A DNA stretch of 61,952 nt, the filler included, from Fonticula-like sp. SCN 57-25 (lineage: Eukaryota): the NCBI GenBank assembly GCA_001724245.1. It is 3 parts of 3 records of this genome, joined end to end, with 100 filler letters (N's around TTAATTAATTAA, not from the genome) between each part and the next. Parts side by side here need not be neighbours in the genome. Positions count along the whole stretch, not along the records: positions 1 to 22,749 come from MEDX01000097.1; positions 22,850 to 42,447 come from MEDX01000098.1; 1 more part is not named here. The stretch is one strand, 5' to 3'. Below, one piece after another: positions 22,184 to 34,211 of the stretch (positions are counted from its first letter, which is position 1; every line of letters begins with the position of its first letter). The position numbers were made by a program, and so were the translations under genes. A model generated the notes under the pieces. That model worked only from the letters and a program-made list of their open reading frames with translations, had not been told where the DNA came from and did no database searches.

Positions 22184-22749
22184 TTAGCAACACCCGTCGT
22201 TTGCTTGTGTGGTTTCGTTGGTCGGCGTCAACTCGACCTTGGGCTGCTCCTCCTTTGCTTTGCTGCGCTGAATCAGCGAGCGGCAGATGACATTGAACAA
22301 TTCCTGAGTTCCTATTCGCACATAAAACATGAGCAAAATGTGGAAGCAAAGTAGTACTCGCACCCTTTCCCTCCTTTGCAGACACCTCGCAGTATGTCGC
22401 CGCGTGCCTGGTTGCAAATGCCTCGGCTTCCTCTGCCGACACAGTGCGCACGTCGGCCAGATCAGCCTTTGTGGCGACAATATGAAGCGCTGCGTCGCCA
22501 AGTCAATAAATGAATAAAATAGAGGAGAATGAACGCACAATATTCGATATTGACCGTGGCGGAAATTTCTTTTTGGCGTCATCGTGAGTCGAGCGCTGCA
22601 AAGATTAAAGCGCAGCGTACCATTCACCCACCGCTGAAGATCGTCAAAGCTCTGCCTGTTTGTCATATCAAAGGCAAGAACAATTGCATCCGCGTCGCGA
22701 TAGTACATTGGTGCCTGCACTTTTAGCGTCAGTCGCACGTTGACCGTGA
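22184..22749 (-). CDS. Rab GTPase (Rab5/21/22-like), 5' part lost in assembly gap
   Basis: APMYYRDADA, FDMTNRQSF, TKADL, EVSAKEG, C-terminal GCC prenylation motif. Confidence 0.85.
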
Positions 22750-22849
22750 NNNNNNNNNNNNNNNNNNNNNNNNNNNNNNNNNNNNNNNNNNNNTTAATTA
22801 ATTAANNNNNNNNNNNNNNNNNNNNNNNNNNNNNNNNNNNNNNNNNNNN
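22750..22849. other. Artificial assembly spacer (N-run with TTAATTAATTAA)
   Basis: 100 nt of N with a central all-frame stop linker; flanking genes are truncated. Confidence 0.95.
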
Positions 22850-24050
22850 AACGACCGGGCTCTCCTTTACACTGAGTCGCATGAATCGCTCGTATGGAAA
22901 CATTCGCCTTACGTGCATGCAGCTGCTCTCTATATGCTGCACGATATCGTCGTCAATGTCGCTTGGCGACCTGCAGTCGTCGTCGACGTTGCACGACGTG
23001 TGCCCGACGACCGGCCTCACCGGGAGGCACATCGCCTCGTCGACCGGCCGCCGCTCAAAACAGAGCGACGTGGACGAGAGCGCGTCGGCGCTGTCTTTGT
23101 CGCAGCACTGCGGCGCGCCGCGCGGCACAGCCTCAATCATGGCGCGCGGCACGCAAAAACCGCCGCCGCGCGACGCGCTCCGGTCGGCCGCGCTCTCGCC
23201 CAAACACGTCAGCCACGAGGCGGTGTCCGTAACCACGCAGTCGTCGATGGCGGTCACGTGCATGCCCGGGACGAGCGAGCCGTAAAGCGGCGACGCGCTG
23301 TCCACGTGTCCGACGACGATGGCGTCGCTTGGCCGGCTGTAGGCGGGTAGGAGAAGCTGCGGGAGGAGAAGAACGGCGAGGAGGCATACCGCGACGAGCA
23401 CCGTGTTGTGCCACACGCCCGCGCAGTAGATGCGCAGCTGGCGAAACAGCGGCGCGGTAGACATCTCGTCGCCGGAAAGATCAACAAACGCGCCGGGGTA
23501 CAGCACGTACACAAAGACGCCAAAGCCGCGCACCGGCACGCCCTCGCTGTTCGCGATCAGCAAAAGCAAAATCGAAAGGGCGCGCGTACCATACGGCGGC
23601 GATGCCGTGGCCGGCCTCGTGAACGATGGCGCTGACGGCGATGGCGAAAAAGTAGTACCCTAGCTGGCTGAGCGGCAGATTAACGCCGGGGACGACCGGC
23701 ACGAGAAAGGCGGCATCGGCATCGGCTTCGCCAGCTGCGCGCGGCGCGCTGACCCACGGACGTACAGTTTGCCATAGCGTGTATGACAGGACCATGACGG
23801 AAAGGAACATGAGCGCGACGCCCAGCACCGCGCCAGCAGAGAACCAACGCGCAAACGCCTGCGGATGCGCCTTGGCCGGCGGCTCAAAGAGGGAGCGAGC
23901 GCCCGTCCAGTACCACTTTACTTGCGAATTCGTCACGGTAATGCCGCATGCCTCGAGGTACGAGCGAAGCGGAGGTTTCGAGCGAAGGAACGCACGCAAA
24001 AGGGCGATCGAGCCCCACGCGCCGCCCACCACAAGTAACACGTCGGCCAT
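22850..24050 (-). CDS. MBTPS2: Site-2 protease (peptidase M50), 3' end truncated by gap
   Basis: VPGVNLPLSQLGYY, HEAGH zinc motif, PGAFVDL, QLRIYCAGVWHN, PDZ-like region and Cys-rich insert. Confidence 0.92.
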
Positions 24051-24222
24051 CCCCGGTGAATCGAAATGATGATGTCAGCGTTCGCGTTGCCGCCAAATTG
24101 ACTTCTGATTCTCGACTGATTTTGTCTGATTTTTGAACCCCTGTCACGGTTCCGCGTCCGCGTCATCTGCCCGCCTCTGCTGTATGCTTCTACGCCGCTG
24201 CGTGCGCTTCTACTCGTCAACC

Positions 24223-25109
24223 ATGCCCCACGTGCGTGTACTTTGCCTATAACTTGTGTTGCTTATACTCACTTTTTGCTATAGACAAAGAATGCTCTTG
24301 TCATGATCGCCGACGGCTCCGAGGAGATGGAGGCAGTCACCGTCGTTGATGTCCTGCGCCGAGGTGGCGTACGTTCTTTACTTCATTCGCTATGTTTTTT
24401 GTTATGTTTTGCGCATGTGCTTTCCCTTTTTTTTCTTTTTCTTTTGACTCTTCCCCGTATTCACGCGTGCGCAGGTGAACGTGACTGTGGCTGGCCTTAA
24501 TGGTACCGCGCCCGTGCGCTGCAGCCGCGGCGTTGTCGTTGTGCCCGACGCGGCCTTCAGCGCCGTCCAGAACGACGCCTTTGACGTTATTGTACTGCCC
24601 GGTGGCGGCGACGGCGCCAAGGCCTTTGCGGCATCCGACCCGCTCAAGGCGCGCATCAAGGACCAGGCGGACAAGGGAAAGCTCGTGGCGGCCATCTGCG
24701 CAGGTGCGGCACCGGCGCGCTTCTTTCTTTTGCGCTCCGCCGCTTGTATGGTCACTAACAGTGCGGGACAGCCCCCATTGCGCTGCACGCCGCCAAGGTC
24801 GGCTTCGGCCACAAGATGACGTCTTACCCGTCTGTGCGGGACCAAATTGAGAAGGGTGCGCGCACATGGCGCTCGCTCATTGGTCCACTAATCTATTCGA
24901 CTGAATAGATGTCACGTACGTCGAGGACAATGTTGTGGTGGACCGCAACATCATCACGAGGTACGCACTTGAGCGGCCCCAAATGTTGCTCAATTCTGTC
25001 GACGTGTAGCCGTGGACCGGGAACTGCAATCGAGTTTGCGCTCGAGCTTGTCGAGCAGCTCGTTTCAAAGCAGAAGCGCACCGAGGTGGCGAAGCCGATG
25101 CTCGTCTAA
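24223..25109 (+). CDS. PARK7: DJ-1/PfpI family protein (multi-exon)
   Basis: ALVMIADGSEEMEAVTVVDVLRRGG, DVIVLPGG, AAICA, TSRGPGTAIEFAL. Confidence 0.92.
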
Positions 25110-25507
25110 CTGGATGCCGGGGATGCAAGTGCGAATTTAGCGTACGAGAAAGGCCGATGAGCGGCATAATTAATACCGTTACTTGCCATGAGCGTTGTAG
25201 AGCAGTTTCTAATACATAGTGATTTTATGCATTGTGTATATTTATTTCATTTGGTTTATTCCTATTGAATGTTCAGTAGCAAAGTCGGGCGACCGCTTGC
25301 ACACCACAATCAGTCATCAATCATCATCAGCACATCACATTGGAATCTGGGGTGGATATTGGGTGGGAATCTGGGGTATATACGGTGCAGACAGCTGTCT
25401 GCCCAGCGTTGCAAACTTTGCAGACAACTCATCCCTCATCCCCCCTCTGCAAACACTACTTTTAATTACTTTTCGTCTACCCAAGTCTTTGAATTTGCTA
25501 TTAAACC

Positions 25508-27914
25508 ATGTCGCGTGCTCCGACGCAGTATCGAAGGCCCGGCGTAATTACCGATTTTATACAAAAGGATGGCCCCCAAGGGCCCGACGGCCGCGGCCAC
25601 ATCGAGGTCGACGGGCATCGGATCTACTTTCGTTTTAGAAACATCCAAGAAGGAACCGCAAAGGTGGGCGCCCATGTCATCTGCAATTACTCGCAGTCAA
25701 CGCACCCGGACCATCAAGGAGAGTTACAGGCGCACGGGATTCGCGTTCTGAGCGAGGTACGCATGAGCGAGCTCGAAGCATGGGTCTTACCTCGCCACTT
25801 AATTTTAGGCTCCTCGTGCCGCCCAGCAACCTCAGCAGCAGCAACAACAACAGCATCAACCGCCGCCGCTGCATTATGGACAGCCACACGGTCAAGCTCC
25901 GTATGCCCAACCTTACCAGCCCCAGTATGGTCAACCAGCACCGCCGCATGTGCCGGTGTACAACGCGCCATACGGTCAGCCTCCTCACCAGCAATACGGC
26001 CAGCATGTTACGCAGTATTATGGTCAGCCTGCTGCCCAGCCGGTGAACCAGCCATACGCGCAGCCATACGCGCAGCCGTATGCGCAGCCGTATACGCAGC
26101 CAGTGAACCAGCCATATGCGCAGACATATGGACAGCCTGTCTACCAATATGGTCAACCGCATCCTTCTGCTCCAAGCGCCCCCGTGAATATGCGCTGCCT
26201 TGCCGGCATTGTCGTGGATGGATACTACTTTTACCTCAAGACCAACCGCGACCACAATGGCATTGATTGGATGGTCAACGAGATCAAGAGGGAATTATCT
26301 GAGAAGCATCAAACGCATATTGACGTGCACCCCTCTGCGCTGCACTTCTTTTTCCCGAATCCCCTGGAAGCTCGAGACCATAAGATCGAGGACGGCATAA
26401 CAGAGGAACAAGCAGCGAAAGATTACGATCGCACGGTAAGGTACCTCAACGAGGTCAAGCGCCGTGGCTGGCAGGTGACCGAGTCGAGCTTCAAGCGCGT
26501 CAACAACAGATGGCAAGCAACATGTGAGGACGTCGCGCTGAGCCAAAAGGTCTCTGAAATGTGTGTTCGAGACTACTCGCCGATTGGCACGGATAACACG
26601 AAGAAGCTGTTGTACATCTTTATTGTTACCGGCGACAAGGACCACAAGGCGACAATCTCTGGATCGCTGAATAATGTGCTGCGCTGGTGCGTCTCCTTCA
26701 ACCCCTGCGATGCGCTCGCCACCACCGCCAATGCCTACGGCCGCTTCATTGGTTTAAACCCGTATACCCCGATGCCCAGAAAGCCGGCCGAGTCGCCCGC
26801 GTCTCAGCCAATCCCGAGGCAGAAGAACTTGAAGAAGCAGAACGAGTTGCCCGCGGCTCAGCAGCAGACGCAGAACGAGTCGCCCGCGGCTCAGCCAACA
26901 CCGAGGCAGAGGAGGCAGAAAAAGAGTCCTGCGCAGGCACAAGAGGATGGTCTGGATGCTCCGGGCCTGCCCAATGTTGGCGAGGATGGCCAGGCATCTG
27001 CCGCTATCCAACCAATGTCCGACGCGGATCACAACGACTATACCTGCGACGACATCAACTGCGAGGAACCGCACCCGGACGTGAGAATCACGCCCACAAG
27101 CCACAAGAATATGTCTTACACGGTAAAGTCAAACATGCTGTCGCCGACAGCGGGAAAGCAAGTCATCTTGACAAACCCCAAGATTGCCAACAACCGGTGC
27201 CATTATTACAAGCGGAAGAGCGCTACCGAAATCTGTCCGAAAGGAGAAAACTGTATAAACCTTCACCTGAATGGTAGTGCGGTGGGAGACAAGGCCAAAA
27301 AGACCGCCAACCCTGCGCGCAAAAGGACAGCCAATCAGGACAAGGCCGATGATGAACAAGGCAATGCCGATGGTGAGCAGGCAAACGCTGATGATGAGCA
27401 GGGCAATGCCGGCAGCAGCGCAGAGGTCAGCAGCAGTCTTGATACGACCCTCATCTCCGTCAACAACAGCGCGGTCGATGCATCAAACTTTGTTATGAAC
27501 GCCGGCCTGCGCCGCGCGCTCTCAATGCCCACCCCTCGAGGCGCCGTCTGCACCGCAAAGCACGACGCATCCAAGACGGATTCCTGCACTTTCCTTCACT
27601 ATCGCTCCGCAGAAGACGGGCGCGCGGCCCAGCAGCAAGATGAAGGAAACGAGGAGGTGGTAGAAGAGGCGCCGAGTGTGGCCGCATCGCATAGCGACGA
27701 TGAGCAGGCGCAGGAGGACGACGAATGGCATGATGCTGCCGAAGATGTGGCTGAGATGATGATGGCAGAAATGCAGGTAAACGAAGAGCACGACTTTGAG
27801 GAGCTGGCCTCAATGTATGAGGTGAGCGTGGAGGATCTCGATGAGGGGTACAGAGTGTATGGAAATGTGGGCGGCGCCATTGAGTACGCCACGAACCGTA
27901 GAGATGAGCAATAG
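25508..27914 (+). CDS. Paralogue 1: cold-shock-like + Q/P/Y-rich + NYN nuclease + zinc fingers + UBA-like (784 aa, intron 25757-25808)
   Basis: Exon 1 (83 codons) is CSD-like; NYN motifs IVVDGYY, TCEDVAL, IVTGDKD; CCCH C-x11-C-x5-C-x3-H; acidic tract and helical tail. Confidence 0.75.
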
Positions 27915-28430
27915 TATCTCTGCGAGGCATGGTGTCCTCCTTTCCTTTATTAAAAATTGTCGTACGTGCGTTTGGCTTTGTATCATCTGCTCGCCTCCTC
28001 TAACGCGATGAATAAATGGAATGATAATGATACAAATCGTACACAAAGTGTTCCCTTTCCACACAATGTAATTGGGGTTGGCTACCGTCGTATCGTACAG
28101 TATCCATGATTGTCCGTATTCCGTGTACTGCACGGCTATGATTACACTATGATATGACATACAGTATGCGGTATGATATGTTGCAAACTGCTTACACACT
28201 TGCCCATATGGGCAGCGCACAATTTGTATGCTATCGACTTCTTTATTTTATGGCTAACAAACAATGCGTTTCTAATTTTGGCGTTATCATTTTTTTCAAC
28301 CGTGATTGATATTTCCACCAGTCATATATCTTCCTCAATCCGTCAACCAATCGTCTGTCTTCAAAGAGTGATGTCTGCCATTGATTACTTTGCACTTACT
28401 TTGCACGCCCTCATCCCTCTCTGCTGAACC

Positions 28431-29387
28431 ATGTCGCGCGAGCCGCCGCAGCACAATGGACAGCCTCGTGGCCAAGCTGCTTTTGCGCAGCCTTCCGCAT
28501 ACCAACCCCAGGATGGCCAACCCGAGATCGCCGGCCATTTGAGATCTGCCGCGGAGCACAACGACTTGACCTGTTCGGACACCACCTGCAACGAGCCGCA
28601 CTCTGATGTGACAGTCACCCCCCTATGGGACACCAATCCGTCTTACAAGGCCAAGTCTAACCTGTTTTCCTACACTGCCGGAAAGAAGACCATCTTGACG
28701 GATCCCAACGCTCGCGTCCAACGGTGCCACATATACAAGCGCAGGAGCCTGACGGCAGAATGTCCGGCTGGAGAGAACTGCGACAAGCTTCACATGAATG
28801 GTAGTGCAGTGGGGGACAAGATCCCCGCGCACAAAGACAACGTCAAGCAGGGTGCCGCCGAGGTTGGCCATGCGAATGCCAACGTTGGCCAGGGCATTGC
28901 CGGCAGCAGCGCAAAGGTCGGCAACGGTCTTACAAAGATTCCCATCTTCGTCGGTGACAGCAAGGTCTATGCATCAAGCTTTGTTGTGAACGCAGGCCTG
29001 CACCGCGCTATCAAGCTGCCCACCCCTCGAGGCGTCGTCTGCAACGCAAAGCACGATTCATCCAAGACGGCTTCCTGCACTTTCCTTCACTATCGCTCTG
29101 CGCAAGACGAGCGCGCAGACCAGCAGCAAAGCCATGGAAATGAGGAGGTGGCAGAAGAGGCACCGAATGTGGCCGCACCGCATGAGCAGGCGCAGGAGGA
29201 CGAATGGGATGATGCTGCCGAAGACACGGCAGCGCTTATGGCAGAAATGCAGATGAAGGACGAGTTTGACTTTGAAGAGCTGGCAAACGAGTACGAATTG
29301 AGCGTGGAGGATCTCGCTGAGGGGTACAGAGTGTATGGAAATGTGGGCGGCGCCATTGAGTACGCCACGAACCGTAGAGATGAGTAA
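28431..29387 (+). CDS. Paralogue 2: truncated copy with zinc fingers + acidic + UBA-like tail only (318 aa, intronless)
   Basis: Intact ORF homologous to both neighbours; lacks the CSD exon body, the intron and the NYN domain. Confidence 0.75.
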   Translation: MSREPPQHNGQPRGQAAFAQPSAYQPQDGQPEIAGHLRSAAEHNDLTCSDTTCNEPHSDVTVTPLWDTNPSYKAKSNLFSYTAGKKTILTDPNARVQRCHIYKRRSLTAECPAGENCDKLHMNGSAVGDKIPAHKDNVKQGAAEVGHANANVGQGIAGSSAKVGNGLTKIPIFVGDSKVYASSFVVNAGLHRAIKLPTPRGVVCNAKHDSSKTASCTFLHYRSAQDERADQQQSHGNEEVAEEAPNVAAPHEQAQEDEWDDAAEDTAALMAEMQMKDEFDFEELANEYELSVEDLAEGYRVYGNVGGAIEYATNRRDE

Positions 29388-29845
29388 TGGTATCTCTGCG
29401 AGACACGGTATCATCTTTTTACTTTGAATACCCTACTTGTTTGTGTCGACTTTAACTTTACTCCTCTTGAAACGATAATTTTTTATTTAGTTTACAAAGT
29501 GCTCAATGAAATTCCCTTGCCAGTCCCCGCACCCACGCACATACCCATATTTTTTTTTATTGTAACCTACGTTGATTTAATTGAATATCAAAAACACCAA
29601 CCATATTCGTATGCCAAACTACAAGGATATATGCTGCACTCCATGGATACACCATTTTCCAATGTGGGCGGCGCACAATATGATAGCAATCGGCTTTTAT
29701 TTATGCATTAGGGCGCATTGGGCAGACATTGGGGGATACCAACCATGATTGATATTTCCACCAGTCCCCTCTTGACCCCTCCCCAGTCCTGCAGCTAGAC
29801 ACCTTCGAGATTACTTTGCACGCCCTCGTCCGTCGCTTTTGAACC

Positions 29846-32459
29846 ATGTCGCACGCGCCGCCGCAGCACAACCGGCGCGGCGTGATCACCGACTTTCAGC
29901 AAACACAAGGCCCCAAAGGGAACCAGGGCCACGGTTTCCTCAAGGCCGACGGGCAGCGCATCTTTTTTCGATTGGCGAGCGTCGAGGAAGGGAGCCCCGA
30001 GGTGGGCGCCCAGGTCATCTGCGACTACGTGCTGTCGACGCACCCGAGTCATGCAGGAAAGATAGAGGCAGTCAAGATTCGCGTCAAGAGTGTGGTACGC
30101 GGGACCGTTCGCGACGCGCGCGGCGCTGACTTCTGTGTTTCAGGCTGCGCAGCCCGCCAAGAATCCGGGTAAAAAGAAAGATACCCCGCATCAGCAGCAA
30201 CAACCGCAGCAGCAGCAGCAACCGCAGCAGCAGCAGCAGCAGCAACCGCCGCCGCTGCATTATGGCCAGCCGCATGGCCAAGCTCCGTTCGCGCAGCCGT
30301 CCGCTTACCAGCCCCAGTATGGTCAACCAGCACCGCCGCATGCGCCCGTGTACAACGCGCCGTATGGCCAGGCTGCTCCCTACGGACCGCCTGTCACCCA
30401 GCCGTATGGCCCGCCTGCCATGCAGCCGTACGCATACGGCCAGCCTCCTATGCCATATGGTCAGCCTCCTGTCCAGGCGTACGGCCAGCCAGGATATGGA
30501 CAGCCGCCGATGCAGCCATACGGAACGCAATATGGTCCGCCGGTTAACCAGCCGTACGGTCAGATGCCTATGCAGCAGTATGGTCCGCAGTATGGCCATC
30601 CCCATCCGTACGGCCATCCGCAGCCTTCGCGCGGCCTTGCCGGCATCGTCGTGGACGGGTACTACTTTTTCCTCAGGACCAACCGCGATCACAATGGCGT
30701 TGATTGGCTGGTTAACGAGATCAAGAGGGAACTCTCTGAAAAGCACCAAACACAGATTGATATCCACCCCTCTGCGCTGCACGTCTTCTTTCCCAACCCC
30801 ATGGAGGCGCGCGACAAGAAGGGCGAGAAGGGTATCACCAAGGAGCAAGCTTCGGAAGATTACGAGCGCACGGTAAGGTATCTCAACGAGATCAAGCGCC
30901 GCGGCTGGCATGTGACCGAGTCGAGCTTCAAGCGCGTCGGCACCACGTGGCAGGCGACATGCGAAGACGTCGCGCTGAGCCAAAAGGTCTCTGAAATGTG
31001 CGTTGCAGAATACCCGCCGATTGGCACGGACAACACCAAGACGCTTTCGCATCTCTTTATCATTACCGGCGATAAGGATCACAAGTTGACCATCTCTGGA
31101 TCGATGAATAACGTGCGGCGCTGGTGTGTCTCCTTCAACCCCTGCGATGAGCTCGCCACCACAGCCAGGGGCTATGGTCGTCTCATCGACCTAAAGTCGT
31201 ATACCCCGATTCCCAAAAAGTCCGCCGAGTCGCCCGCGGCTCAGCCAAACCCCAAGAAGAAACAGAATCAGAATTCTACCCAGACGGCGCACGAGGTCGC
31301 CCAGTCGTCGACGCAGGCCGCGGCCAACCCCAAGCAGAAGCAGCCGCCGGCCGCCAAGCAGGACGCGGCCCAGCCCGGGCGCAAGAACGCCAAGCAGGGC
31401 GGCGCCAATCAGAATGCGGCGGCGTCGGCTTTGGCCAATCAGGGTGCGTCGGCGTCGGCCTCGGCCAATGCCAAGCCCGCCGCGGCGCACGACCTCCTTG
31501 CCTGCTGCGTCGCTCGCTGCAGAAAGGGCGCGCACCCGGAGGTGACCATCACCCCCTTTAACAAGGCCAGTCCGGCGTACACGGTCAGGTCGAACAGGCT
31601 TGCGCCGACGGCCGGAAAGCAGCGCGTCTTGGCAAACCCCAAGGCAGTCGTCAAGCGGTGCCACCAATATATGCGGAAGAGCGCAACGGCAGAATGCCCG
31701 AAAGGAGAAGCCTGCCCTTTTCTTCACCTGATCGTGAAGGCGGCAGAGGACAAGCCTGCTGCCGAACAAGATGTCGCCGGCAGCAACGAGGCTAAAAGCA
31801 AGGAAAATAATCGCAGCAAGGGGAAGAAGAAGAAGGCGGGCAGCAGCAGCGCGGGCAGCAGCAGCGCAGATGATGGCAGCAGCCTCGCTGGAATCTTTAT
31901 CGTCGTCGGCGACAGCGCTGCTGAGGCGTCAACCTTTGTGTTGAATGCCGGTCTGCGCAACGCGCTCGCGATGCCCGCGCCTCGAGGCGAAGTTTGCATC
32001 ACTGGCCACCCGGCTTCCGAGACGGATTCCTGCGGTTTCCTTCATTTCCGCCAAGATAACATTGCCGAAGACGACGTTGCTGAAGATGACGTCGCTGAAG
32101 ATGATGTCGCCGAAGATGATGAGCACGAGGACGAGGCCGCGGCGTACGACGACGATGATGTGGAAGACGAGGAGCATGAGGATGCTGTGCACGATGAGGA
32201 TGCTGTGCATGACTACGAGCAAGTGGACGCCGCCTCCGCGTTTGTGTACGACCATCATGGTGACGAGGAAGATGATGGCGCACGGGCCGTTGCCGAGTTG
32301 ATGGAGAGGACGCGCGTGCAAGAGCACGACATTGAGGGGCTCGCGGCAGAGTACAGTGTCAGCGCAGAGCTCATCGCCGAGGGGTTCAGACGGTATTCGG
32401 AACCCAATGCTGCCGTCGAATTTGCCTTTTCGGTCCGCGACGGTTCCATAATTATGTAG
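29846..32459 (+). CDS. Paralogue 3: cold-shock-like + Q/P/Y-rich + NYN nuclease + zinc fingers + UBA-like (854 aa, intron 30095-30143)
   Basis: Same 83-codon exon 1 and intron position as paralogue 1; GHGFL/IFFR RNP-like motifs; IVVDGYY, TCEDVAL, IITGDKD. Confidence 0.78.
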
Positions 32460-32642
32460 AAAAAACGTGTTAAAGTGATATTTGTTGTAGCCTTTGGCTT
32501 TTGTATTATCTGTTAAACCCTTCTAGCGCGATAAATACAAGGTGTATCGACGGTTCCCCTTTGTCTCACTCACATTTATCGAGCACATTCATCGTGACGT
32601 AATGGCATTTGCTGACACACCAAATCGTGCTCCATCGTGGGA

Positions 32643-33727
32643 ATGAGCGGGTACCCGGGCGATCTGAGCGAGGCGCAGGCGGACACGCTGAGCTGGATGC
32701 GCGCTCGTATTCGCCGCGAGATAGAAGAGGACCCGTCCATTCTTGAGCTGCTCCCTTCCAACCTAGAGGAAGAGATCAACGATGACAGTACGTATCATGC
32801 TTTTTTTGGCCGCGCTCGCTGACGACATGGCATGGCCGCTGTAGTGATCACGCTCAAGTTTTGCCGGTCTTGCAACTGGGACGCTGAAAAGTCATACGCT
32901 ATGTTTCTTGACGCGCTCAAGTGGCGCCGCTCCTTTGGCGTCGACACGATGACCGAAGCGGTACGAGATCGAAAAGTGTGGGAGGGATCGAGGGTGGCAC
33001 GTTGTGTCGGGCGCGCACGTGCACCTCTGAAAGGCGCTTTCCCTGCTTCCTTGCGTTTGCTGCCCTTCTAATGACATTGTTTGCGCAGGATCTTGATCGC
33101 TCGATCAGCGAGGCCGGCATGTTCTTCTTCCTCCGCGATGGCTATGACAAGGAGAACCGCCCCGTCGCTGTGATTCTGATCCGCAACCACGACAAGTACA
33201 CGATGGACCCCACGCTTCTTCGCCGCTTCTGCGTGTTCCACATGGAGCTGTGCCGCCGCCTGGTGCCGCCCGGCGTCGAGACGGCCACGGTCGTCTTTGA
33301 CCTCGAAGGGTTCGGCATGAAGAACATGGACCTCGAGTTCATCCAGTTCCTCCTGACCGTCCTCGGCTGGTGCGCGCCGCGCTTGAACAACGCGCTTTAT
33401 ACTTGATGTACTGACACGGCGCGCCGCCAGGTACTACCCGGACACGCTCGGCTACCTCCTCATCTACAACGCGCCGTACTTGTTCAGCGGCTTCTGGACG
33501 CTCGTCAGCGCGCTCCTCGACCCAGTGTCCGCCTCAAAGGTGTGTCAGCGTAATTTTATTCATTGGCTAAACCGCCGTAGGTCCGCTTTGTCGACAAGGA
33601 AGGTATGAAGGAGTTTATCGATGAGGATGTGCTGCCGGTGTCGCTCGGGGGCACCGCGCCTGACCCGGAGCACCCTATTGTGCCGTCGCAGTTCTACAAG
33701 CAGCTCCAGAAGGGCGGGGAGCAGTAA
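32643..33727 (+). CDS. CRAL-TRIO/Sec14 lipid-binding protein (multi-exon)
   Basis: GYPGDLS, ALKWRRSFGV, GYDKENRPV, VVFDLEGFGMKNMD, YYPDTLG..IYNAP, LPVSLGG. Confidence 0.9.
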
Positions 33728-34211
33728 GGAGCCAATAGGGGTGGCGCGCTTGGGAGAGAGTGGCATGAAAGTAGATATCTTCCTTCTTTTGTACATGTTT
33801 CATTCGGTCGCTGTAGTATATTCACAATAAAAATATCATTTTTGTACATCATTTTGGACTTGATAACTAGTGGTAACGCACGTGACAAGCAATTCGACAA
33901 GATATCAAAAGAGATGCTTGAAATTTTGGTTTTTCAAGTAAAGTATCCAGTATGTCTTAAGGTTTTGTGTCTTGTTACATTGATTGATGTTGAAAAATAG
34001 CACCATATAAACTGATGTTTAATTAAATAATTGTTCCACCTTTGAACATTCCCTCATTTATATCACAATACAATAATAGCATAAAGATATGCATGCCTGC
34101 AAAATTTGGCGTCTTAATGACCATTCGTTGTGCAGTAAACTGAGCTCAATGGAAATGGGAAAAAAATTATTAATCAACCAATCATCATTCGTTACCTCTT
34201 ACTTGGACCAA

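Noticed and set aside
22750-22849. TTAATTAATTAA palindrome within N runs (also 42448-42547)
   Set aside because: Artificial all-frame stop linker; adjacency across it should not be interpreted.
24061-24136. Box C/D snoRNA-like pattern (ATGATGA...CTGA with a short terminal stem)
   Set aside because: I could not match a guide to rRNA, it abuts the S2P start codon, and the CTGA boxes are explained by the recurring CTGATT promoter motif.
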